From: Macrostomum lignano
Taxonomy: Eukaryota
Assembly (NCBI GenBank): GCA_002269645.1
Contig: NIVC01000419.1
Coordinates: 186,001 to 250,000 of the forward strand
Length of the DNA: 64,000 nt
Reading direction: 5' to 3'
A model generated the notes under the pieces. It was not told the DNA's origin and ran no database searches. It saw only the letters and a list, made by a program, of their open reading frames with translations. This document shows positions 1-12,130 of the stretch, in pieces. The position numbers and the translations under genes are program-made. Every line of letters begins with the position of its first letter. Within the stretch, counting starts at the first letter, position 1.

Positions 1-251
1 CTGCTGCTGCTGCTGCCTTCCTCTATCGCTGGGCGCAGAATCCTCCTCATCATCGGGGCCTCCGTTGCCAATCAAATTTGGCCGATAGGCGGTGCCCTGA
101 ACTCCGCCGCTGAGCGCTGAGGAGTCAGTCGCGACTGCCGAAGGTGCCGAGCTGACGTTTCCACCGCTGCCGCTGCCAAAGCCGCCGCTGCTGGTGAGGA
201 CCTCAGCGCGAGGTAAAGGACTCACGGCAGCTGGTTGCACCTCGAATACAC
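1..251 (-). CDS. TOGARAM1: TOGARAM1 exon 13 (truncated by window edge)
   Basis: CGCAG| acceptor, phase 1, open to position 1: GVFEVQPAAVSP...DRGRQQQQ. Confidence 0.75.
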
Positions 252-666
252 CTGCGGAGTGTGGGATGTGGGGTGTGGGATGTGGACTGTGGGATGTGGT
301 GTTTGACAATTGAAGAAGAATATTTGATAATTTACGCAAACTGGGTCAATCCAGCTTACAGTTCAAGTACTATCGCAAAATTGTACTTTTAAATAAGGAC
401 GTCGCCGAAGACGTTGCGCCATGTTGGGCCGGGGTGAAATTTGGTCAAATCAAATTTATTGCAATATTACAAGCTTAAATCAGTTGATATTCAGTTGATA
501 TTTAAACAGTTCGACTTTGATAAGAATTTTACCTGCAGCCTCATCGATTCCGCCTGTTAATTGGTTAGTACACATGAGAATTCGGTGAAAAATTATCGGG
601 TGTTTTTTCAGGATAAAACTGTTTTAAGAAAATTGAATTAAACAGAAACGCCTGTGCCCTGCCTAC

Positions 667-771
667 CTCTGCCAACAATGTTGAACTCCCTGCCGCCTCG
701 CTGCAGGCCCGAATCTGCGTTGTCAGAATCCAAGACTGATGCCGCTTGTATTGGCGAGCTCGAGTACGTAC
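667..771 (-). CDS. TOGARAM1: TOGARAM1 exon 12
   Basis: CGCAG| and |GTAGGC boundaries, phase 1-1. Ends NIVGR and joins the next exon as IVGRGVF (VVGKGVF-like motif). Confidence 0.75.
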
Positions 772-779
772 CTGCGAAG

Positions 780-1761
780 GTGTTAGATAGGGAAATCCCA
801 GTGTGTTAGATAGGGAAATCCCAGTGTGCTAGATAGGGAAATCCCAGTGTGTTAGATAGGGAAATCCCAGTGTGTTAGATAGGGAAATCCCAGTGTGCTA
901 GATAGGGAAATCTCAGTGTGTTAGATAGGGAAATCTCAGTGTGTTAGATAGGGAAATCTCAGTGTGTTAGATAGGGATATCCCAGTGTGTTAGATAGGGA
1001 AATCCCAGTGTGTTAGATAGGGATATCCTAGTGTGTTAGATAGGGATATCCCAATGTGTTAGATAGGGAAATCCCAGTGTGTTAGATAGGGAAATCCCAG
1101 TGTGTTAGATAGGGATATCCCAGTGTGTTAGATAAAGAAATCTCTGTGTTAGATAGGGAAATCTCAGGTTGCTAGATAGGGAAATCCCAGAGTGTTACAT
1201 AGGGAAATCCCAGTGTGCTAGATAGGGAAATCCCAGTGTGCTAGATAGGGAAATCCCAGTGTGCTAGATAGGGAAATCCCAGTGTGTTAGATAGGAAAAT
1301 CCCAGTGTGTTAGATAGGGAAATCCCAGTGTGTTAGATAGGGAAATCCCAGTGTGCTAGATAGGGAAATCCCAGTGTGTTAGATAGGGAAATCCCAGTGT
1401 GTTAGATAGGGATATCCTAGTGTGTTAGATAGGGATATCTTAGTGTGTTAGATAGGGATATCCCAGTGTGCTAGATAGGGAAATCCCAGTGTGTTAGATA
1501 GGGAAATCCCAGTGTGTTAGATAGGGAAATCCCAGTGTGTTAGATAGGGAAATCCCAGTGTGTTAGATAGGGAAATCCCAGTGTGTTAGATAGGGATATC
1601 CTAGTGTGTTAGATAGGGAAATCCCAGTGTGTTAGATAGGGAAATCCCAGTGTGTTAGATAGGGATATCCTAATGTGTTAGACAGGGAAATCCTAGTGTG
1701 TTAGATAGGGATATCCTAGTGTGCTAGATAGGGATATCCCGGTGTGTTAGATAGGGAAATC
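780..1761. repeat. 23-bp minisatellite GTGTGTTAGATAGGGAAATCCCA, ~42 copies
   Basis: Period 23. Fills nearly all of intron 772-1775. Confidence 0.95.
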
Positions 1762-1775
1762 TCGTTGCTACGAAC

Positions 1776-2047
1776 CTCGCAGATGCTTCCGCTGCTGCTG
1801 ACGCCCGCGAACCACCGAGGCAGGTGGCGTCCCGCCGCTGCCGCTGCCGCCACCGTCGCCAAAGTCGCCGAAGCCGCTGCTGCTGGCCTGGTCGTCGCCG
1901 TAGGCGCGACCGACAACTTCGCTGTGGTAGGACGGGTTGGGCCGGAAGGTGGCGCCCTGATGAGGATTGTAGCGGGTCTGGGGCCCGCCTCCGGTGGCCT
2001 CCGGTGGAAGGTCCTGCGCATGAGGTGCTGTGCCGCTGCCACCGGAG
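1776..2047 (-). CDS. TOGARAM1: TOGARAM1 exon 11
   Basis: GCCAG| and |GTTCGT boundaries, phase 2 to 1, contains EVVGRAY. Confidence 0.7.
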
Positions 2048-2076
2048 CTGGCGAAATAAAACAATAGAATCCTGTT

Positions 2077-2412
2077 GTTGCTAGGGACAACAATCGTTGC
2101 AAGGGATAACAATCGTTGCTAGGGATAACAATCGTTGCAAGGGATAACAATCGTTGCTAGGGATAACAATCGTTGCTAGGGATAACAATCGTTGCTAGGA
2201 CAACAATCGTTGCTAGGGATAACAATCGTTGCAAGGGATAACAATCGTTGCTATAGGGATAACAATCGTTGCTAGGGATAACAATCGTTGCTAGGGATAA
2301 CAATCGTTGCTAGGGATAACAAACGTTGCTAGGGAGAACAATCGTTGCTAGGGATAACAATCGTTGCTAGGGATAACAATTGTTGTTAGGGATAAAAATA
2401 GTTGCTAGGGAA
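2077..2412. repeat. 19-bp minisatellite GGGATAACAATCGTTGCTA, ~17 copies
   Basis: Period 19. Fills most of intron 2048-2422. Confidence 0.95.
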
Positions 2413-2422
2413 ATTTTCTCAC

Positions 2423-2526
2423 CTTTTTCCACCAGCGGCTCCGTGATTGGATTCGGCATTTTCGAAAACTTTCAAAGCCTTCTTCCTCGATGCAGAGTGC
2501 CGAATGTAGTGGAGCGAGCCGTTAAT
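2423..2526 (-). CDS. TOGARAM1: TOGARAM1 exon 10
   Basis: CTCAG| and |GTGAGA boundaries, phase 0 to 2, INGSLHYIRHSASRKK (SL..IR.SA.KK-like linker motif). Confidence 0.75.
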
Positions 2527-2973
2527 CTGAGAGTGCAGTGTAAGACAGGTCCATGGGTTCTAATTGCAGACTCAAGGTAAACCAGGTTCCGGAACCTGCT
2601 TAGACAACAAAAAGTCTATTTATGAAAACATGCGACAGTTTTACTGTCTGTCCCAGACTTGCATATAAATGGAATTATAAGTTTTCAACCGTATTTCTTC
2701 CATCTCGTCAAAAAGAACTGCAATATTAGCAGCAGCATGCAAAACGAAAAAATACTGAAAATGTTCGACAGTTACTATGGAAACACAACGTCAACATTTC
2801 GAAAATTCTGCACGTGACAGAGGCGCAGAATTCTGTCAATAATTTGTGTAATTTTGTGGGATAGAGTCAAATGGAAAATCAAATAGTTGAATGATCCAGC
2901 AAATTTTGGAACGAAATGAAAAGTTGTTACCAGGCAATTACTCAACATTTGGTACTGCGGAGATGTGGAATAT

Positions 2974-3525
2974 GGAGTGTGGTAACTGGAGTGTGGTAAC
3001 TGGAGTGTGGTAACTGGAGTGTGGTAACTGGAGTGTGGTAACTGGAGTGTTGAAACTGGAAAGTGGTAACTGGAGTGTGGTAACTGGAGTGTGGTAACTG
3101 GAGTGTGGTAACTGGAGTGTTGAAACTGGAAAGTGGTAACTGGAGTGTGGTAACTGGAGTGTGGTAACTGGAGTGTTGAAACTGGAGTGTGGTGTTTGGA
3201 GTGTGGTAACTGGAGTGTTGAAACTGGAGTGTGGTGTTTGGATTGTGGTAACTGGAGTGTGGTGTTAAAAGTGTGGTAACTGGAGTGTGGGGTTTAAAGT
3301 GTGGTAACTGGAGTGTGGTGCTTAAAGTGTGGTAACTGGAGTGTGGTGTTTGGAGTGTGTTAACTGGAGTGTGGGGTTTGGAGTGTGGTAACTGGAGTGT
3401 GGTGTTTGGAGTGTGGTAACTGGAGTGTGGTGTTTGGAGTGTGGTAACTGGAGTGTAGTGTTTAAAGTGTGGTAACTGGAGTGTGGTGTTTGGAGTGTCG
3501 TAACTGGAGTGTGGTATTTAGTGGT
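2974..3525. repeat. 14-bp minisatellite GAGTGTGGTAACTG and variants, ~39 copies
   Basis: Period 14. Confidence 0.9.
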
Positions 3526-3748
3526 AGGGTGGTGTTTAAAGCATTTCCCATACTGCCTCTCCGGCATTCAGGCTGCAGCAGCAGTCACTGGTGCGTCAGC
3601 CAGACAACGTTCACAATTTAACATGCAATAAATTTATGAAAATATGAATCTGTATAAAACCAATTCTGGGACAGTTAATTGCCATTGGCATTAGGCCAGA
3701 CCTGGGATTCATTTTTAGGGTTCAACTGGAACACACGACTGCACGAGC

Positions 3749-3770
3749 GGTTGCTATGGAGATAGCAACC
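3749..3770. promoter_or_regulatory. Intronic X-box-like palindrome
   Basis: GGTTGCTA-TGGAGA-TAGCAACC has perfect 8-bp arms and contains GTTGCTATGGAGAT. Confidence 0.35.
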
Positions 3771-3941
3771 AGTTCCAATGATGCAGTGATGCAACTGCTG
3801 CAAGATTATCATAGAGACCGCTTGTTAGCTTTGCATCCTCCTTAATAAAAGTGCACTATTTTGACATTACAGTAGTGAAAATTATGTAAAATTAAAACAT
3901 TATTCGCTAGATTAGTAATGCAGCATTTCATTGCTTCATCT

Positions 3942-4230
3942 AGATTAGCAATCCATTCTATTCTCAATACACTGCTAAGAGAATAGATTAGCAATCAATT
4001 CTATTCCCAATACAATGCAAAGAGAATAGATTAGCAATCCATTCTATTCTCAATACACTGCAAAGAGAATAGATTAGCAATCAATTCTATTCTCAATACA
4101 CTGCAAAGAGAATAGATTAGCAATCCATTCTATTCTCAATACACTGCAAAGAGAATAGATTAGCAATCCATTCTATTCTCAATAGACTGCAAAGAGAATA
4201 GATTAGCAATCCATTCTATTCCCAATACAC
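3942..4230. repeat. 43-bp minisatellite, ~6.5 copies
   Basis: GATTAGCAA recurs at 4029 and 4072. Confidence 0.9.
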
Positions 4231-4271
4231 TAAAAGGCATTAGACTGGGCAAAACTAGTTAGTTTTCTCAC

Positions 4272-4486
4272 CTCTTCTGGCGGTGGGTGCTCCTCTGCTG
4301 CATCAATTTGGCTGCCCCTAGTAGAGGACGGAGCGGTAGAACTTGCTGTGGAGTAGTTTGCGGCCGCAGCACCCACTCCGGAGTCGGATGGCGGGTTCGA
4401 CGGCCCGGCGGTCGCTCGTTTCGGCTTTTTGCCAGCCGAACGAGCCAACTGCGGTTTCATGGGCACCGGGGAGGCCGCCTCCGCTG
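4272..4486 (-). CDS. TOGARAM1: TOGARAM1 exon 9
   Basis: TTGCAG| and |GTGAGA boundaries, phase 1 to 0, AAEAASPVPMKPQLARSAGKK...PPEE. Confidence 0.75.
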
Positions 4487-4550
4487 CTGCAAGGGGAGAA
4501 CAGGACACAAAAATGACTGATATAGCATCGAAGGATTTGCCACAGTCTTA

Positions 4551-5700
4551 ATGGGATTGAGTTCCATCTGAATGGGATTTAGTTCCATCTGAATGGGATT
4601 TAGTTCCATCTAAATGGGATTTAATATCATCTTAATGGGATTTAGTTCCATCTGAATGAGATATAGTACCATCTGAATGGGATTTAGTTCCGTCTGAAGG
4701 AGTTTAGTTCCATCTGAAGGGTTTTAGTTCCGTCTGAAGGAGTTTAGTTCCATCTGAAGGGTTTTAGTTCCGTCTGAAGGAGTTTAGTTCCATCTGAAGG
4801 GTTTTAGTTCCGTCTGAAGGAGTTTAGTTCCATCTGAAGGGTTTTAGTTCCGTCTGAAGGAGTTTAGTTCCATCTGAAGGGTTTTAGTTCCGTCTGAAGG
4901 AGTTTAGTTCCATCTGAAGGGTTTTAGTTCCGTCTGAAGGAGTTTAGTTCCATCTGAAGGGTTTTAGTTCCGTCTGAAGGAGTTTAGTTCCATCTGAAGG
5001 GTTTTAGTTCCGTCTGAAGGAGTTTAGTTCCGTCTGAATGGGATTTAGTTCCATCTGAATGAGATATAGTTCCATCTGAATGGGATTTAGTTCCGTCTGA
5101 AGGAGTTTAGTTCCATCTGAAGGGTTTTAGTTCCGTCTGAAGGAGTTTAGTTCTATCTGAAGGGTTTTAGTTCCGTCTGAAGGAGTTTAGTTCCATCTGA
5201 AGGGTTTTAGTTCCGTCTGAAGGAGTTTAGTTCCATCTGAAGGGTTTTAGTTCCGTCTGAAGGAGTTTAGTTCCATCTGAAGGGTTTTAGTTCCGTCTGA
5301 AGGAGTTTAGTTCCATCTGAAGGGTTTTAGTTCCGTCTGAAGGAGTTTAGTTCCGTCTGAATGGGATTTAGTTCCATCTGAATGAGATATAGTACCATCT
5401 GAATGGGATTTAGTTCCGTCTGAAGGAGTTTAGTTCCATCTGAAGGGTTTTAGTTCCGTCTGAAGGAGTTTAGTTCCATCTGAAGGGTTTTAGTTCCGTC
5501 TGAAGGAGTTTAGTTCCATCTGAAGGGTTTTAGTTCCGTCTGAAGGAGTTTAGTTCCATCTGAAGGGTTTTAGTTCCGTCTGAAGGAGTTTAGTTCCATC
5601 TGAAGGGTTTTAGTTCCGTCTGAAGGAGTTTAGTTCCGTCTGAATGGGATTTAGTTCCATCTGAATGGGATTTAGTTCCATCTGAATGAGAATTAGAAAC
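4551..5700. repeat. 20/21-bp minisatellite TTAGTTCC(A/G)TCTGAAGG with an alternating 40-bp dimer
   Basis: Strict alternation of GTCTGAAGGAGT and ATCTGAAGGGTT units. Confidence 0.95.
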
Positions 5701-6112
5701 GTCGTCTGAAGGGTAACCAATGACATTAGTTAGCGTGTTGAGCAGCAGCTTCTGACAATATAGCTACTCAATTCATGTCAGAATGAAGTCGTTTGAGCAT
5801 GTTGGACTTCACAGGAAAGTAAGACGCAGACTTGCTGTAATTATATAGCTCTGTTTTGGAAAATTAAGGAGTGAAAAGGAAGCTGAGACGAGGACAGGGA
5901 ACGCAGAAACCGTCAGCCGGTCGTTTTTCGACCCAGCCAAAATTGCCATTAATTGCGTGTTTTTTGCTTCTATTTGGAGACGCAGCTCTGCGCTTTCGCC
6001 TGCAGATGTTGACAGGACGAAAATTTGACCTCCTAGTAAACAGCATCGAATATGATGATGCATTGATGGCAGCGATGCGATACAGACTGCCCTGGACTTT
6101 GAAGGGAACGGA

Positions 6113-6390
6113 ATATCTCTCTCTCCGTCTCTGCCCCCTCCCTCTCTCCTTAACCATCAACCATCACTCTCCTTCTCCCTCCCCCTTACTATCTCTCTCA
6201 CTCCCCCTCACTCCTTCTCTACCCCCCACACTCTCCCACTTTCCTTCCCCCCACTCAGCTCCCTCTATCCTCCCCCCACTCTCCTTTCCCCCACTCTCCC
6301 TCTCTCCCTCCCCCTACTCTCCCTCTCTCCCTCCCCCCACTCTCTCTCTCTCCCTCCCCTCTCCCTCTCTCTCTCCCTCCCCCTTTACTC
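6113..6390. repeat. CT-rich low-complexity tract
   Basis: Almost purely pyrimidine on the plus strand. Confidence 0.85.
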
Positions 6391-6470
6391 TCAAAAATTC
6401 ACTATCAACGTGAAAAGGCACAAAAATAGAATTTTATTTACGCAAAAAGATATGTCTAAATTCTGCTTAC

Positions 6471-6542
6471 CGTCTCCATTGCCCGAATCGTAGCTGGGTC
6501 CGCCCTGTCTTTTGTTTTTCGCTTCAGAGGCTGCCACAGAGT
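6471..6542 (-). CDS. TOGARAM1: TOGARAM1 exon 8 (72 nt, symmetric)
   Basis: CACAG| and |GTAAGC boundaries, phase 1-1, DSVAASEAKNKRQGGPSYDSGNGD. Confidence 0.7.
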
Positions 6543-6869
6543 CTGTGTGGGTCAGAAGTCAAATATAATATCTTATTTTAATAATTCACGGGCAGGAAAT
6601 ACGACTCATAAAATTGAAAGTTATGTCCAAAAAATTTTGAGCAATTAAACGAAACAAAAAATGCTATGTTAAACAGTTAGAAATGAGAACTGCGTCTCAT
6701 CATGGTAAAGCTTTAATAATTTTTATCACAGATATTCACGTCATAATTAACTTCGCTACAGTATCATTTTCAAATCGCTACAATGAGAATATTTTTTTTA
6801 TTTTGAGAACTACTCATTAACCATCCCGCATTTTAGATCTACAAAACACCGGACACTGGCGGAGGGATA

Positions 6870-7862
6870 AGGAGAGGGGAGAGAAAGACCGATACGAAAC
6901 GAGAGAGAGAGGGAGAGATAGGGAGAGATGGAGACAGGGAATGAGAGAGGGAGACAGGGAATGAGAGAGGGAGACAGGGAATGAGAGAGGGAGACAGGGA
7001 ATGAGAGAGGGAGACAGGGAATGAGACAGGGAGACAGGGAATGAGAGAGGGAGACAGGGAATGAGAGAGGGAGACAGTGAATGAGAGAGGGAGACAGGGA
7101 ATGAGAGAGGGAGACAGGGAATGAGAGAGGGAGACAGGGAATGAGACAGGGAGACAGGGAATGAGACAGGGAGACAGGGAATGAGACAGGGAGACAGGGA
7201 ATGAGAGAGGGAGACAGGGAATGAGAGATGGAGACAGGGAATGAGACAGGGAGACAGGGAATGAGAGAGGGAGACAGGGAATGAGAGATGGAGACAGGGA
7301 ATGAGAGAGGGAGACAGGGAATGAGAGATGGAGACAGGGAATGAGAGAGGGAGACAGGGAATGAGAGAGGGAGACAGGGAATGAGACAGGGAGACAGGGA
7401 ATGAGACAGGGAGACAGGGAATGAGAGATGGAGACAGGGAATGAGACAGGGAGACAGGGAATGAGAGATGGAGACAGGGAATGAGAGATGGAGACAGGGA
7501 ATGAGAGAGGGAGACAGGGAATGAGACAGGGAGACAGGGAATGAGACAGGGAGACAGGGAATGAGACAGGGAGACAGGGAATGAGACAGGGAGACAGGGA
7601 ATGAGACAGGGAGACAGGGAATGAGACAGGGAGACAGGGAATGAGACAGGGAGACAGGGAATGAGACAGGGAGACAGGGAATGAGACAGGGAGACAGGGA
7701 GGGAGGGAGGGAGGGAGGGAGAGAGGGAGAGAGGGAGAGAGGGAGAGAGGGAGAGAGGGAGAGAGGGAGAGAGAGGAAGGGAGAGGAAGGGAGAGAGGGA
7801 GAGAGGGAGAGAGGGAGAGAGAGGAAGGGAGTGAGAGAGGGAGAGAAGAAAGGAAAAGGGGA
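6870..7862. repeat. GA-rich tract including a 20-bp minisatellite GGAGACAGGGAATGAGAGAG (~38 copies)
   Basis: Period 20 over about 6927-7699, with (GGGAGAGA)n flanks. Confidence 0.95.
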
Positions 7863-7908
7863 GATGGAGGCAGTGAAAAGTGAATGCAATCCAATCAGCT
7901 ACAAGAAC

Positions 7909-8040
7909 CTTTCGAATTGACTCTCGCCAAAGATTTTGCCGGGATGGCAGCCTGCACTTGTGGCAGCTGCTGCTGCTGCTGTTGCTGCTGCTGTGGTTGC
8001 TCTTTTGGAGCAGAAATTTTGTCAGAAAATTTCGATTTCG
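7909..8040 (-). CDS. TOGARAM1: TOGARAM1 exon 7
   Basis: TTGCAG| acceptor, weaker donor AAG|GTTCTT, phase 1-1, AKSKFSDK...ARVNSK. Confidence 0.65.
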
Positions 8041-8390
8041 CTGCAAGAAAGACGCAATAGGGACTTAGGAAAGCAAATTATCAATAGTTTCATACCTGGT
8101 TGTTACACTCTTATAGTAGAGTAGAAGAAATTTAATAACTTGTGCAGAAATGTTCATTCCGATTTTAAAACGAGCAAAATTGCTAGTTGAAAGTGCCGCC
8201 AATGATTGCAAATAATTCTATAAAAATATTGATTATTAATTGTAAACATGCAAAGCTATGGGGAACTGATTCCTTTTAATTGTTTTGATATACCATAGTT
8301 TAATTTTGTTGGTGTATCTAAGCACCACATCCCACATACTGCCATCTGGTGGTCAAATCAGGTGATTTTCAATATCTTCTTGTTTGACTC

Positions 8391-8917
8391 CCCTATGATC
8401 CTAAACTGACGCCTCTATGATCCTGAGCTGACGCCTCTATGATCCTGAGCTGACGCCTCTATGATCCTGAACTGACGCCTCTATGATCCTGAGCTGACGC
8501 CTCTGTGATCCTGAACTGACACCTCTATGATCTTGAACTGACGCCTCTATGATCCTGAGCTGACGCTTCTATGATCCTGAACTGACGCCTCTATGATCCT
8601 GAGCTGACGCCTCTATGATCCTAAATTGACGCCTCTATGATCCTAAACTGACGCCTCTATGATCCTGAGCTGACGCCTCTGTGATCCTGAGCTGACGCCT
8701 CTATGATCCTGAGCTGACGCCTCTATGATCCTAAACTGACGCCTCTATGATCCTGAGCTGACGCCTCTATGATCCTGAGCTGACGCCTCTATGATCCTGA
8801 GCTGATGCCTCTATGATCTTGAACTGACGCCTCTATGATCTTGAACTGACGCCTCTATGATCTTGAACTGACGCCTCTATGATCTTGAACTGACGCCTCT
8901 ATGATCCTGAGCTGACG
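8391..8917. repeat. 22-bp minisatellite CTGACGCCTCTATGATCCTGAG, ~24 copies
   Basis: CTGAC at 8406, 8428, 8450 and onward. Confidence 0.95.
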
Positions 8918-9201
8918 GAAGTCTGTGTGACAGTAATTAGCATATACGTTTAGAGCTTTATTCTATTCGTTTTTAATTTAATCCGACTTATATGGACAAG
9001 CCGGTGATTAGCAATGGCGCAATCACAATTTCACGAGGCCAAAAAATTAATTAAGTAATAATTAATGCAATCACACACTGCAGTGCCCATTCACACTCGG
9101 GGAAAATATGTGGACTGGTGTTGTTCGGAAATAATTTTCAACGTGCTTAAAAATGGATTTAGTAAGCTGAATTTAGTTGCTTTGAGAAGGGGGGGCCTCA
9201 C

Positions 9202-9447
9202 CAGAGGCTCTTTTCTGTTGTTGTTGCTTTGGGATTGCTGGCAGCTTGCCGGCAGAGCCCTCTTGATCAGGTGCAGCCTGCTGAGGCTGAGAAGAGGCCA
9301 CTGATCGGCTTGTCGAAGGCAAGTCATCAAGCACGTCGGAGGTAATGAGTTCGGGTCGTTTGGACTTTACTAGTCGAGGTTTCGACTGCTTTTCCAAGTT
9401 TTTCAAATAGGAACCTTTAGCAGTGGGACCGCTGCTCCACTGGTTGC
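9202..9447 (-). CDS. TOGARAM1: TOGARAM1 exon 6
   Basis: GCAG| and |GTGAGG boundaries, phase 1-1, open frame GNQWSSGPTAKGSYLKNLEK...KRAS. Confidence 0.75.
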
Positions 9448-9747
9448 CTGCGCGTTAGATGCGGTTAGGCTTAGAAATTCGTTCCGTTCGTTTTATTTTC
9501 TTTTAAAGTTATACTTTGCTATTGATAGGCAATAACAAATTGTTTTTAACGGCACGTAACAACACAAATAATAATAGTTTTAAATAAAGCTTGTTTAACA
9601 ATGAATTAAAAACAGAGCTACCTTATTTTATTGAAACAAAAACGAAAACGTACTTTAATACTATTAATATATTACAAATAAATAATGTAAATTTTCGAAA
9701 CTTTTAAGGTTAAAAACTAGTTCTCGGACCTAAAATGGTATTTTTAG

Positions 9748-11492
9748 ATATAGAATGACATTCCCTGATATCCAAAATGACAATCCCTGCTATACAAAAT
9801 GACATTACATTGTATCCAAAATGACATTCCCTGATATCCAAAATGAAATTCCCTGATATCTAAAATGACATTCCCTTATACCAAAATGACATTCCCTGAT
9901 ATCCAAATTGACATTCCCTGATATCCAAAATGACATTCCCTTGTACCCAAAATGACATTCCGTGATATCCAAAATGACATTCCCTGATATCCAAAATGAC
10001 ATTCCCTGATATATAAAATGACATTCCCTTGTACCCAAAATGACATTCCGTGATATTCAAAATGACATTCCCTGATATATAAAATGACATTCCCTTGTAC
10101 CCAAAATGACATTCCCTGATATATAAAATGACATTTCCTGATATCCAAAATGACAATCCCTGCTATACAAAATGACATTACCTTGTATCCAAAATGACAT
10201 TCCCTGATATCCAAAATGAAATTCCCTGATATCCAAAATGACAATCCCTGCTATACAAAATGACATTACCTTGTATCCAAAATGACATTCCCTGATATCC
10301 AAAATGAAATTCCCTGATATCTAAAATGACATTCCCTTATACCAAAATGACATTCACTGATATCCAAAATGACATTCCCTGATATCCAAAATGACATTCC
10401 CTTGTACCCAAAATGACATTCCGTGATATCCAAAATGACATTCCCTGATATATAAAATGACATTTCCTGATATCCAAAATGACAATCCCTGCTATACAAA
10501 ATGACATTACCTTGTATCCAAAATGACATTCCCTGATATCCAAAATGAAATTCCCTGATATCCAAAATGACAATCCCTGCTATACAAAATGACATTACCT
10601 TGTATCCAAAATGACATTCCCTGATATCCAAAATGAAATTCCCTGATATCTAAAATGACATTCCCTTATACCAAAATGACATTCACTGATATCCAAAATG
10701 ACATTCCCTGATATCCAAAATGACATTCCCTTGTACCCAAAATGACATTCCGTGATATCCAAAATGACATTCCCTGATATCCAAATGACATTCCCTGATA
10801 TATAAAATGACATTCCCTTGTACCCAAAATGACATTCCGTGATATCCAAAATGACATTCCCTGATATCCAAAATGACATTCCCTGATATATAAAATGACA
10901 TTTCCTGATATCCAAAATGACATTCCCTGATATATAAAATAACATTCCCCGGTATCTAAAATGACATTCCCTGATATCCAAAATGACATTCCCTGATATC
11001 CAAAATGACATTCCCTGATATATAAAATGACATTTCCTGATATCCAAAATGACATTCCCTGATATATAAAATGAAATTCCCCGGTATCTAAAATGACATT
11101 CCCTGATATCCAAAATGACATTCCCTTGTACCCAAAATGACATTCCGTGATATCCAAAATGACATTCCCTGATATCCAAAATGACATTCCCTGATATCCA
11201 AAATGACATTCCCTGATATATAAAATGACATTCCCTTGTACCCAAAATGACATTCCGTGATATCCAAAATGACATTCCCTGATATCTAAAATGACATTCC
11301 CTGATATCTAAAATGACATTCCCTGATATCTAAAATGACATTCCCTGATATCTAAAATGACATTCCCTGATATCTAAAATGACATTCCCTGATATCTAAA
11401 ATGACATTCCGTGATATATAAAATGACATTCCCTGATATCCAAAATGGCATTCCGTGATATCCAAAATGACATTCCCTGATATCTAAAATGA
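9748..11492. repeat. 22-bp minisatellite AAAATGACATTCCCTGATATCC, ~79 copies, with a ~329-bp block duplication
   Basis: Period 22. The rare variant CCTTATACC recurs near 10336 and 10665. Confidence 0.95.
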
Positions 11493-11645
11493 CAATTCAA
11501 GATTCACAATGATATTTCTGATGCCTAAATTCAACTTCAAGAATTCGAAAGAAAACATTTAGATTATGCATAAATCGAATTAAACTGAAATACATAAAGT
11601 TTAACATAAAAATGCAGCACCAACTACATTCGTTTTAGTTTTTAC

Positions 11646-11940
11646 CTGGCGAAGCGGTGTCGCCCCCCTGCTGCAGCTCCGGCTTCTCTGACTGATCGAG
11701 AAATCTTTTCACCTTTCTCGGCTGCTGATCTGTTGGGATTTCTGAGAATTTTTTCACCCGCCCGTTGGTCACGTAGGCGCTGGGGCCTCCCTGATGGCCT
11801 GCGGGGGACTCCGCCTGCGGCGGTTGCGCCTTCGGCGGTTGCGCCTGCGGCTGTTGGCGCGAGTTCAGCACAGACGTTGAAGAGGCCGGGTCGTTAGAAC
11901 GAGTTGCTTGTTGTTGCTGCTGCGGTGGCTTTTGCTTTGC
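11646..11940 (-). CDS. TOGARAM1: TOGARAM1 exon 5 (Q/P-rich linker)
   Basis: CAG| and |GTAAA boundaries, phase 0 to 1, open frame AKQKPPQQQ...TASP. Confidence 0.75.
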
Positions 11941-12130
11941 CTGTTGCATGAAAAAAAACTATTTTATTGAGATTGTCAACAATTCTCTTTTTATTGTAGA
12001 TAGAAAAGGGCAAGGAATTTTTCACTTTTCGCTTTGGACTACATCAGAATTAAAAGATCAACCATCTCAAGCATCGAGAGAGAGAGAGAGAGTGCTGAAA
12101 GTACTTTAATAAGGCTCCACACGCTAAAGG

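Noticed and set aside
780-1761. About 40 tandem NF-kB-like sites (GGGAAATCCC)
   Set aside because: The match follows from the palindromic unit, there is no immune context, and NF-kB presence in this lineage is unknown to me.
5911-5999. Possible extra TOGARAM1 exon GESAELRLQIEAKNTQLMAILAGSKNDRLT
   Set aside because: Good acceptor and entry phase, but the only donor found is weak and leaves phase 0 whereas exon 9 needs phase 1. Exons 8 and 9 join directly in frame.
6810-8046. 350-409 aa S/L/P/C-rich ORFs
   Set aside because: Artefact of the 20-bp GA repeat. Only 7909-8040 is a plausible exon, and in a different frame.
9805-11275. Multiple overlapping ORFs
   Set aside because: Translation of a 22-bp minisatellite.
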